Source of the DNA: an uncultured SAR86 cluster bacterium
GTDB taxonomy: Bacteria; Pseudomonadota; Gammaproteobacteria; Magnimaribacterales; D2472
Direction: 5' to 3'
DNA: 64,000 nt
Assembly (NCBI GenBank): GCA_902624425.1
Contig: CACNXK010000003.1
Span: forward strand, 41,798-105,797
Shown here: piece by piece, positions 39,036-47,054 of the stretch
How positions within the stretch are numbered: position 1 is the first letter of the stretch
Layout: every line of letters starts with the position of its first letter
Notes under the pieces: model-generated
The model's database searches: none
Seen by the model: only the letters and a program-made list of their open reading frames with translations
What the model was told of the DNA's origin: nothing
Translations under genes and position numbers: made by a program

Positions 39036-39036
39036 A
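39015..39036. promoter_or_regulatory. Perfect inverted repeat TTTAAGAA-N6-TTCTTAAA upstream of the sRNA promoter
   Basis: 8-bp arms read directly from the sequence. The repeat overlaps the glcB stop codon and is centred about 75 nt before the predicted sRNA start. The outer hexamers TTTAAG/CTTAAA resemble GacA/UvrY box half-sites TGTAAG/CTTACA. Confidence 0.4.
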
Positions 39037-39064
39037 AAAAACTTAACTTTTTTCTATTTAGGTG

Positions 39065-39092
39065 TTGACACTTATCAGAAAGAGAGTAATAT
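39065..39092 (+). promoter_or_regulatory. Sigma-70 promoter of the candidate sRNA
   Basis: TTGACA (39065-39070), 16 nt, TAATAT (39087-39092). Confidence 0.65.
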
Positions 39093-39098
39093 TAACTT

Positions 39099-39319
39099 TA
39101 CCTAACGAGGACCGATAAGAGACCAACTGCAGACGGAAACTTAAGAGAAATCGAAGGAAGAGCCCTCAAGGCGAAAGCGTTTTAAAGAGTATACGATAAA
39201 AAATAGCTTTAAAACCCACCAAGGATGAAGAGATAACATCTAAGGAGCTAAAGAAAATCTCACTTTAGACACTTGAGGAACTCGAACTAAGAGACAGAGC
39301 GCAAGCTCTGTTTTTTTTT
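39099..39319 (+). ncRNA. Candidate Csr/Rsm-family (CsrA-sequestering) small RNA, about 220 nt
   Basis: Bounded by a consensus-like promoter and a strong terminator (ACAGAGC-GCAA-GCTCTGT plus T9 at 39294-39319). There is no plausible ORF. Six GGA motifs in A(N)GGA context at 39109, 39135, 39156, 39223 (CAAGGATG), 39244 and 39277. The 5' end is predicted only. Confidence 0.6.
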
Positions 39320-39367
39320 GTGTTGTAAAAATTCCTTATGGTTCTTTTTTAATGTAATATCCAACCC

Positions 39368-40777
39368 ATGTTCACTAGAACAAAGATTATTTGCACTATT
39401 GGCCCAGCTACATCTGAATTAAATATAATGCAAAAGATGTATGCAGCTGGAATGAATGTCGTTCGCATTAATATGTCACATGCATCTCATGATGAGGCGT
39501 TAAATGTAATTAATAATGTTAAATTAATTAATAAAAATTTAGATATTAAAATGGGTCCAATTTCTATTTTAATAGATACTCAAGGCCCAGAAATCAGAAC
39601 AGGAGACAGAGATACATCTCTTGATTTAAAACTTGGTGATAAAGTAAATCTTACTGTAAGAGATGAAGTTGATGTTGAAACATCATCTATCAAAATTAAC
39701 TATAGAGGATTAATTAACAGTGTTAAAAAAGGTTCCAAGATTTCTGTAGATAATGGCCTAGTAAATTTTGAAGTTTTAGAAAAACATGATGACAAGCTTT
39801 TATGCAGAGTTATTGATGGAGGTAAAATTGGTAGCAAGAGAAGTGTTAATCTGCCCGGAGTAAGGATTGATCTTCCTTCAATAACCAAAAAAGACAAAGA
39901 AGATATAAATTTTGCTATCAAACATGATGTAGATTACATAGCTCTTTCCTTTGTTCGAAAAATACAAGATATTCATAGTTTAAGAAAGATCCTAAAAAGA
40001 AAGAAATCACCAATAAAAATTGTTTCAAAGATTGAAGATAATGAAGGTCTTTCTAATATTCATGCTATTACTCAAGAATCAGATTCTGTCATGGTTGCCA
40101 GAGGTGATCTTGGAATTGAAACAAGCTTGGCTGATCTGCCAAATGTTCAAAGACGAATAATGTATGCATGTTCAAAATGGGGTAGAAGATCTATCGTAGC
40201 TACTCACTTGTTAGAATCAATGATAGAGAAACCAACACCTACCAGAGCCGAAGTAACTGATGTTGCTAACACTATCTATGAGGGTGCAGATGCAATTATG
40301 CTGTCTGGTGAGACTAGTATTGGGAAGTATCCTGTTGAATGTATTAAGTTTCTCAAATCAATAGCTGGTAGTTCAGAAAAATTTAGAACATTAGGTTATG
40401 AAGAAAAACTTAAATTAAGCAGCGACTGGGAATATTTAGCAAAGACTGCAAGAGATCTCGCTGAGTCAATTGATGCTGATGGTATTATCGTTGTTACAAG
40501 AAGCGGGTATACAGCAAATCTAGTTGCCAATGCAAAGCCATTCAATGTTCCAATATATGCTTTCACCAATGATAAAAGAGTTCATAGTCAGCTTTCATTA
40601 GTTGGCTCTGTTTTAAGTATTTATCAAAAAAGTATTGTTGATAATAAAAATAATATGTCTAAAATTGCTAATACACTCAAAAAGGTTTTTAGTAAAAAGA
40701 AAAAATTGAAGTTTGTTCTTATTTCGGGGATGTTTTCTGAGAAACATTCTGATGCAATTAGGGTTGTAAACTTTTAA
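39368..40777 (+). CDS. pyk: Pyruvate kinase
   Basis: TKIICTIGPA, MNVVRINMSHA, MVARGDLGIE, and a C-terminal regulatory domain. Confidence 0.95.
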   Translation: MFTRTKIICTIGPATSELNIMQKMYAAGMNVVRINMSHASHDEALNVINNVKLINKNLDIKMGPISILIDTQGPEIRTGDRDTSLDLKLGDKVNLTVRDEVDVETSSIKINYRGLINSVKKGSKISVDNGLVNFEVLEKHDDKLLCRVIDGGKIGSKRSVNLPGVRIDLPSITKKDKEDINFAIKHDVDYIALSFVRKIQDIHSLRKILKRKKSPIKIVSKIEDNEGLSNIHAITQESDSVMVARGDLGIETSLADLPNVQRRIMYACSKWGRRSIVATHLLESMIEKPTPTRAEVTDVANTIYEGADAIMLSGETSIGKYPVECIKFLKSIAGSSEKFRTLGYEEKLKLSSDWEYLAKTARDLAESIDADGIIVVTRSGYTANLVANAKPFNVPIYAFTNDKRVHSQLSLVGSVLSIYQKSIVDNKNNMSKIANTLKKVFSKKKKLKFVLISGMFSEKHSDAIRVVNF

Positions 40778-40787
40778 AGGGGATAGC

Positions 40788-42350
40788 ATGTTTTTTAATT
40801 CATTAGATTTTTCAATCATTGCAATTTATTGTGTCGGTATAATCGCCATAGCTACATATGTTTCTAGGCAACAATCAGGATCTGAGAGAAGTCCTGAAGA
40901 TTATTTTTTAGCCGGCAGATCCCTTCCTTGGTGGGCTATAGGAGCTTCTCTGATTGCTGCAAATATTTCCGCAGAACAAATTATCGGTATGTCAGGTCAG
41001 GGTTTTGTAGTGGGTATTGCAATTGCTACATATGAACTTACAGCTGCAATTGCTCTAATTGTCATGGCAAAGTATTTCCTGCCTCTCTTTCTAAAAAAAC
41101 AAATCTATACGATGCCGCAATTCTTAGAGCAACGCTTTGATAAAAGAGTTAGCCTGGTATTATCCTTTTTCTGGCTTGCAGTGTATGTATTTATCAATCT
41201 TACTTCAGTCTTGTGGCTAGGCTCTCTAGCTATCAATACTCTTACAGGACTTGAAACTTTCTATGGTCTAGTTTTACTTGCAATTCTATCTTTAGCATAT
41301 TCTTTATATGGGGGATTAAAGGCTGTTGCACTTACAGATATTATTCAAGTTGTACTCTTAATATTTGGAGGATTAGCCGTCTCATTCATTGCTTTATCAA
41401 AGATTGGAAATGGTGTTGTTACTGATGGTTTCGTTGAAGTGTATAGATCATTACCTGAAAAATGGGACATTATTTTGTCTCCTGATAATCCATCCTATAA
41501 AGACCTTCCAGGTGTTTGGGTCTTAATTGGAGGTCTCTGGATAGCACACTTTGCATATTGGGGTTTCAATCAATATATAACTCAAAGAGCTCTTGGCGCT
41601 AAATCTCTTCCAGAAGCACAAAAAGGAGTTATGTTTGCAGCCTATTTAAAGATTATTATGCCTCTTGTTATCGTTCTCCCAGGTATATGCGCAGCTGTTC
41701 TATTCCCATTACTTGAAACAAGCGATAAAGCATATCCTATGATGATGTCTTTACTGCCTAATGGATTGTTAGGATTAACCTTCGCTGCATTAATTGCAGC
41801 TATCGTTTCGTCTTTAGCATCTATGACCAATAGTATAAGCACAATATTTACTATGGATGTATATAGAGCTTATGCAACAAATAATCCGTCTAATGCAAGA
41901 TTGGTTAACATTGGAAGATCAACCTCGGTTGTTGCTTTAGTAATAGCTGTATTTTCTGCAACACCTCTATTGGGGAGCCTAGAGTCAGCATTTCAATATA
42001 TTCAAAACTTTACCGGATTTTTTACTCCAGGGATTTTAGTTATATTTTTAGTAGCTCTATTTTGGCCAAAGGCTACAACATTATCAGTGCTTAATGCTGC
42101 ATTAACTTCTCTAGCTTTATCAATATTTATATTTTACTTTTTCCCTGAATATCCATTCATTCATAGAATGGCTGTGGTGTTCTTTTCATCATTCTTTGTT
42201 TGTTATTTAACATCTTTTATTCAAGGCTATACAGACAGTCCTAAGGCTATTAACTTAAATGATATGAGTTTTGCAACATCTAGAGCTTTTAATATAAATA
42301 CTGCTGTTGTTGTAGTGATATTATCAATAATCTATATTAGCCTGTGGTAA
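40788..42350 (+). CDS. Sodium:solute symporter (SSS family, SGLT-like sugar transporter)
   Basis: 520 aa polytopic protein. YFLAGRSLPWWAIGASLIAANISAEQIIGMSG is typical of SGLT-type SSS carriers. Confidence 0.85.
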   Translation: MFFNSLDFSIIAIYCVGIIAIATYVSRQQSGSERSPEDYFLAGRSLPWWAIGASLIAANISAEQIIGMSGQGFVVGIAIATYELTAAIALIVMAKYFLPLFLKKQIYTMPQFLEQRFDKRVSLVLSFFWLAVYVFINLTSVLWLGSLAINTLTGLETFYGLVLLAILSLAYSLYGGLKAVALTDIIQVVLLIFGGLAVSFIALSKIGNGVVTDGFVEVYRSLPEKWDIILSPDNPSYKDLPGVWVLIGGLWIAHFAYWGFNQYITQRALGAKSLPEAQKGVMFAAYLKIIMPLVIVLPGICAAVLFPLLETSDKAYPMMMSLLPNGLLGLTFAALIAAIVSSLASMTNSISTIFTMDVYRAYATNNPSNARLVNIGRSTSVVALVIAVFSATPLLGSLESAFQYIQNFTGFFTPGILVIFLVALFWPKATTLSVLNAALTSLALSIFIFYFFPEYPFIHRMAVVFFSSFFVCYLTSFIQGYTDSPKAINLNDMSFATSRAFNINTAVVVVILSIIYISLW

Positions 42351-44782
42351 AAAAATTTTCCCTAATTGCCTTATTATTTGGTATTTCTATCAATACTAGT
42401 GCATCTATAGATTGGTCAAGTCCATCATCTTGTAATATAGAAGATTCAAAGAACCTTGATGAAATAATCAATCAAATGACTCTTAGACAAAAGGTAGGCC
42501 AAATAATTATGCCTGACATTCAATATGTCACACCTGATGAAGCAAAAAAATATCAGTTAGGTTCAATTCTCAACGGAGGTGGAAGTTGGCCAAATAATAA
42601 AAAAACTAGCACAGTCAAAGATTGGCAAAATCTAAGTAAAGCTTATTATGATGCTTCACCAATTATTGGAGATCAAATTGTTCCAATAATATGGGGAACA
42701 GATGCTGTGCATGGTCATAGTAATGTTATTGGGGCGACTGTATTCCCTCACAATATTGGCATTGGCGCGACTCAAGATACTGATCTGATTAAAAGAATTG
42801 CAGAGGTTGTTGCAAAGGAAGTTCTCTCGACAGGGATCGTTTGGACTTTTGCTCCTACAATCACAGTTCCTCAGAATGATACTTGGGGTAGGACCTATGA
42901 AGGTTTTTCAGAGAATCAAGATCTTGTATCAAGAATAGGAAAAGCTTTTATTGAGGGAGTTCAAGGAACCGGCGATGAATTTCTTGATTCAAATCATATT
43001 ATGGCAACTGCGAAGCACTTCATTGGTGATGGTGGCACTTTTAAGGGAATTGATAAGGGGGATACTCGAATTTCTGAAGGTGGTTTGAAGAACATACATG
43101 GAACGCCATACTATTCAGCTTTTGAAGCTTGTGTTCAATCTGTTATGGCAAGTTTTAACTCCTGGAATGGTGTAAAAATGCATGGCCACGAATATCTATT
43201 AACTGATGTTTTGAGGGATCAAATGGGTTTCAATGGGCTGGTTGTTGGAGATTGGAATGGTCACGGAGAGGTTCCAGGCTGTACAAATGCAAATTGTCCA
43301 GAAAGTTTCAATGCTGGTGTGGATATTTATATGGCCCCCGATGAATGGAAAGAGCTTTACACAAATACAGTAAGGGCAGTTAAATCCGGAGATATTTCAG
43401 AGGATAGATTGGATGATGCCGTTAGAAAAATTCTCACTGTGAAGGATAGGCTTGGAATGTTAAATGGACGAAAGCCTCATGAATATGAAAATTATGTTGG
43501 TAAAATTGAGCATAGAGAGCTAGCAAGAGAGGCGGTATCAAAATCTCTTGTTTTGCTCAAGAATAACGATAATCTACTACCTCTAGATTCCACAAAGCAT
43601 TTTCTAGTAATTGGAAATGCTGCTGTTGAGATAATGAATCAAATGGGTGGTTGGACAATCACGTGGCAGGGTACTGAGTTAAATAGATCAGATTTTCCAA
43701 ATACACTATCCATATACGAAGCTTTAGCTGAACAAGTCATTCAGAATGGGGGCTCAATAGAGTTTTCACAAAATGGTAGTTACAAGCAAAAACCTGACTA
43801 TGTAATTTCAGTTTATGGTGAAAATCCCTATGCAGAGTTCTTTGGGGATGTGAAGGATTTATCATTTAAATCGTCGGACTTAAATTATCTAAGCGCAATG
43901 CGAAAGATTAGTAACGAATCTATTCCCATTACTTCAATATTTTTAAGCGGAAGGCCTCTGGCGGTTAACAAACAAATAAATCTTTCCTCTGCTTTCATTG
44001 CTGCATGGCTCCCTGGTCAGGCCGTTGAAGGAATAGCTGATGTTATTTTTAAAAAAAATGGAAAGATAAATAAAGATTTTACAGGAAAACTTTCATTTAC
44101 TTGGCCTAAAAAATCTACGCAGACTGTTCTAAATTCTAATGATCCTCTATCCGATCATTTATTCGCCTTTGGGTATGGATTATCTTATTCCGATACTATT
44201 AACATTCCTTTTCTTGAAGAAGAAGAAATAATCGAAAAGATTGAAAGTAAGATTATTTTTGAAGGCTCACCTTTGAATGCTAATGAGTTTGTAATTGAAA
44301 ATAATAAATCTCCATCGATTGTTAATGCTAATTTATACACTAGTCCTGAAAAAAATATTTCTTTGAAAAGATTTGATCTTAATCAGCAGTACGATTCTAG
44401 AAACATTGTTTTTAATGATTCCGAGCTAATGAATGCCTGGGGCATATCATTGAATGAGAATCTTGTTATGAGTGAGCTTAGCAACCCATATGTGAGCATG
44501 AAGTTTCGAGTAAACTCTAGATCTGATGATCTATTATTTTTTGTTGCAACCTGCGGTGTAAATTGCAGTGGAGCAATTAATTTAATGGATTTCTTAAGTG
44601 ATCAAAATAATAATTCTTGGATCGAGGTTGATATTAGTTATAAATGTCTAGAGAAAAGCGGTCTAGATTTATCTAAAGTATATATTCCTGCGATGTTAAT
44701 GACTTCTGGAAAATGGGATATAGATATTAATAAGATTGTTATAAATAAAGATAGAAGTTCCAAGAGAGTTATTCAGTGCTAG
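42344..44782 (+). CDS. Exported glycoside hydrolase family 3 beta-glucosidase / exo-beta-glucanase
   Basis: GTG start overlapping the symporter stop, with a signal peptide. GH3 motifs GTDAVHGH, KHFIGDGG and the nucleophile region VVGDWNGH; 812 aa with an extra C-terminal domain. Confidence 0.9.
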   Translation: MVKKFSLIALLFGISINTSASIDWSSPSSCNIEDSKNLDEIINQMTLRQKVGQIIMPDIQYVTPDEAKKYQLGSILNGGGSWPNNKKTSTVKDWQNLSKAYYDASPIIGDQIVPIIWGTDAVHGHSNVIGATVFPHNIGIGATQDTDLIKRIAEVVAKEVLSTGIVWTFAPTITVPQNDTWGRTYEGFSENQDLVSRIGKAFIEGVQGTGDEFLDSNHIMATAKHFIGDGGTFKGIDKGDTRISEGGLKNIHGTPYYSAFEACVQSVMASFNSWNGVKMHGHEYLLTDVLRDQMGFNGLVVGDWNGHGEVPGCTNANCPESFNAGVDIYMAPDEWKELYTNTVRAVKSGDISEDRLDDAVRKILTVKDRLGMLNGRKPHEYENYVGKIEHRELAREAVSKSLVLLKNNDNLLPLDSTKHFLVIGNAAVEIMNQMGGWTITWQGTELNRSDFPNTLSIYEALAEQVIQNGGSIEFSQNGSYKQKPDYVISVYGENPYAEFFGDVKDLSFKSSDLNYLSAMRKISNESIPITSIFLSGRPLAVNKQINLSSAFIAAWLPGQAVEGIADVIFKKNGKINKDFTGKLSFTWPKKSTQTVLNSNDPLSDHLFAFGYGLSYSDTINIPFLEEEEIIEKIESKIIFEGSPLNANEFVIENNKSPSIVNANLYTSPEKNISLKRFDLNQQYDSRNIVFNDSELMNAWGISLNENLVMSELSNPYVSMKFRVNSRSDDLLFFVATCGVNCSGAINLMDFLSDQNNNSWIEVDISYKCLEKSGLDLSKVYIPAMLMTSGKWDIDINKIVINKDRSSKRVIQC

Positions 44783-45681
44783 ATAAGAATCTTCTTCTTG
44801 TCGATATTGGTGGCACAAATATTAGATATGCATATTCAAATATTGGAGATTCTGATTTTGTCTCTGAAAATAAAGCTGAACTTGATAGCCTAAATGATTT
44901 TGATAATTTGATGTCAGTGCTGTTAGCAAAGTCAGATATTAAACACATTGTATTTTCTATTGCAGGGCCTAAAGTAAATAACTCGATCAAGATGACCAAT
45001 AGGAATTTTGAAATTGATGCTGATGAAATTAAAAAAAGATTTAATCTAGATTCCTGTTATTTACTAAATGACTGGGAGTCAATTGGATATAGTATTAGAA
45101 CATTCTCTGAAAATGATTTTGATAACTTTAAAGAGGGCGAGCCTTTTAATAATACCTTTTTAGTCATTGGGCCTGGTACTGGTCTTGGCGCATCAGTGAT
45201 TTCTGGCAATAATGTGATTGCAACAGAGATAGGAAATACTAATTTGGGCTTATCTGCTTTGAAATCTCTTCTAAAGATAAACAGTGATGAATATAATGTT
45301 TTAGAGGATATTATTTCAGGCACTGGAATTTCTAGAATGTTTGAAACAAAGACTGGAAATAAAGTTAAATCAGAAGAAATCTTTTCTCTTTCTATCAATG
45401 GTGACGATGATGCCATAGAGGTAATTGATATGTTTACCATAGCTTTTGCAAGAACTCTCTCAGATTTATCGCTGGTATTTTCAAGCGGAGGGGGAATTAT
45501 TCTTGCGGGATCTCTTTCTAGGTCTTTTTTGTCGATTGCAAATAAAGATTTGTTTAATAAGCATTTTATAGAAGGGAAAAGTGATATTCACAGGGAAATT
45601 CTTAATAAGGTCGGTATTAAAGTAGCAAATAGGGGTTATACCTGTCTTTTTGGCAGTCTTAACTATATTAATAGCATATAA
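44776..45681 (+). CDS. glk: Glucokinase
   Basis: GTG start overlapping GH3 by 7 nt. LLLVDIGGTNIRYA ATP-binding motif and GPGTGLG. Confidence 0.85.
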   Translation: MLDKNLLLVDIGGTNIRYAYSNIGDSDFVSENKAELDSLNDFDNLMSVLLAKSDIKHIVFSIAGPKVNNSIKMTNRNFEIDADEIKKRFNLDSCYLLNDWESIGYSIRTFSENDFDNFKEGEPFNNTFLVIGPGTGLGASVISGNNVIATEIGNTNLGLSALKSLLKINSDEYNVLEDIISGTGISRMFETKTGNKVKSEEIFSLSINGDDDAIEVIDMFTIAFARTLSDLSLVFSSGGGIILAGSLSRSFLSIANKDLFNKHFIEGKSDIHREILNKVGIKVANRGYTCLFGSLNYINSI

Positions 45682-45723
45682 TCTGTTTAAAATTCCTTGT
45701 TCTTGTGTATAATTCAGCACGTT

Positions 45724-45918
45724 ATGGCAGATAAAAAACAAACAAAAGTATATTTAATTCCTGAAGGCGAGACTCGTGATTCTCACACTTACCACTACAC
45801 TGTAATTAAAACTAGAAAATTTATTTTAGAAAATACTAAACTAAGACTTAAGAAGTTTAATCCCGTGAAAAGAGTTCACGAATGGTTTGTTGAAGCCAAA
45901 TTGCCGCCCCACAGTTAA
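45724..45918 (+). CDS. rpmG: Divergent ribosomal protein L33-like ORF
   Basis: From the ATG at 45724: MADKKQTKVYLIPEGETRDSHTYHYTVIKTRKFILENTKLRLKKFNPVKRVHEWFVEAKL. It aligns by eye with L33 (...[21 protein letters not shown]...[23 protein letters not shown]). It is stand-alone, with no rpmB partner. Confidence 0.5.
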   Translation: MADKKQTKVYLIPEGETRDSHTYHYTVIKTRKFILENTKLRLKKFNPVKRVHEWFVEAKLPPHS

Positions 45919-47018
45919 TCCAATTCTTTTTTTCTGATTTCTGACGACGATATGTCGTCTCTGAATGTATTTTCATCAAAACCAGTAAATCTGGGTTTTA
46001 ACTCTTCTGGTATATCAACATCTTCAAGGGACCTAAATTTATCAAAATCTTTTCTTCCAAAAACTAGGAAGTTTATATTGAAGTCTTCAAAGATCATTAA
46101 ATTTTCTCTCATGATCTTTGAGTTTTTATAATACTTTTCATTAAATAATCTTCTTAAGGTGTCATAACCAATTACAAAAGTGGCATTTTCAAATAATTTT
46201 GCTTTATCAATAAATCTCCCAGCTTTTGTTAAAACCCATGAATCATTTTCAAACTGATTGATTGTGTTTGAGATTTCAAAGAAAGTTAATGGCGGCTTAT
46301 CAACATTATCAATACAGATTTCGTAATAAAGATCCATTCCAGTTTTTCTTTCTGCAACTTCTTTCATTTTAAGATGCCCTTTATGAAGAGGATTAAATGA
46401 TCCGGGAAATATTAATTCTGGTTTGTTAGCAGTGTTGGAAATAAATCCGACTTTGTCATCAATCAGGTCAATCCAATCTTTTTCTCCATGAACTTCAGTA
46501 ATCTCAATTTCATCAGATATTTGAGGATATTCAAAATCTAAAGCACAAGACTTTGATATCAAATTTAATATAAATGTTGATAATAAGTTTTCTTCTTCTT
46601 CACGAGATCTCTTATTTTTTTCAAGAACACAGTTGATGACTATTGTATGTTTTTGGTTTTGTAAGGCAATGTGGAATCTATGCTCTCCAAGCTTATTATA
46701 GTTACTCTTCAAAGAGGCTGTTACGGCGATACCAAATAGATACTTTTTATCAATATCAGATATCTTTAACGCTTTCTTATATGCCAATGATGCCATGCTA
46801 AGTGATGTTGCTTGAGAACAATAATGATCAGGTTGTTTATTTAAATGAATATCTAGTGATTCTCTAGAGTAGGGCACATAAGATTCTAAAATGGATTGGC
46901 TTGCACCTGGCACACCCATTAAAGCAGAAATAGCATTAGTTCCTCCACCACTCGAAGAAATTACAAATTTATAGGGCGATTCATGAATCGCTTTGATTGA
47001 TGAAATATCAAAGGTCAT
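45915..47018 (-). CDS. Fusion protein: CinA-C/PncC-like domain plus NadD-like nucleotidyltransferase
   Basis: N-terminal SSSGGGTNAISALMGVPGASQSILESYVPYS resembles the PncC signature ESCTGG...PG.S..F.GG.V.YS. The C-terminal half has GSFNPLHKGHL (HxGH) and ISSSEIRKK (ISST.IR). Confidence 0.65.
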   Translation of the reverse strand: MTFDISSIKAIHESPYKFVISSSGGGTNAISALMGVPGASQSILESYVPYSRESLDIHLNKQPDHYCSQATSLSMASLAYKKALKISDIDKKYLFGIAVTASLKSNYNKLGEHRFHIALQNQKHTIVINCVLEKNKRSREEEENLLSTFILNLISKSCALDFEYPQISDEIEITEVHGEKDWIDLIDDKVGFISNTANKPELIFPGSFNPLHKGHLKMKEVAERKTGMDLYYEICIDNVDKPPLTFFEISNTINQFENDSWVLTKAGRFIDKAKLFENATFVIGYDTLRRLFNEKYYKNSKIMRENLMIFEDFNINFLVFGRKDFDKFRSLEDVDIPEELKPRFTGFDENTFRDDISSSEIRKKELD

Positions 47019-47054
47019 TGTGTAAATAATTATTATTTGCTTTATTATGCATAT

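Noticed and set aside
45481-45741. 86-aa minus-strand ORF overlapping the glk 3' end and the L33-like promoter region.
   Set aside because: It overlaps a well-supported gene in antisense, has a low-complexity product, and has no start context.
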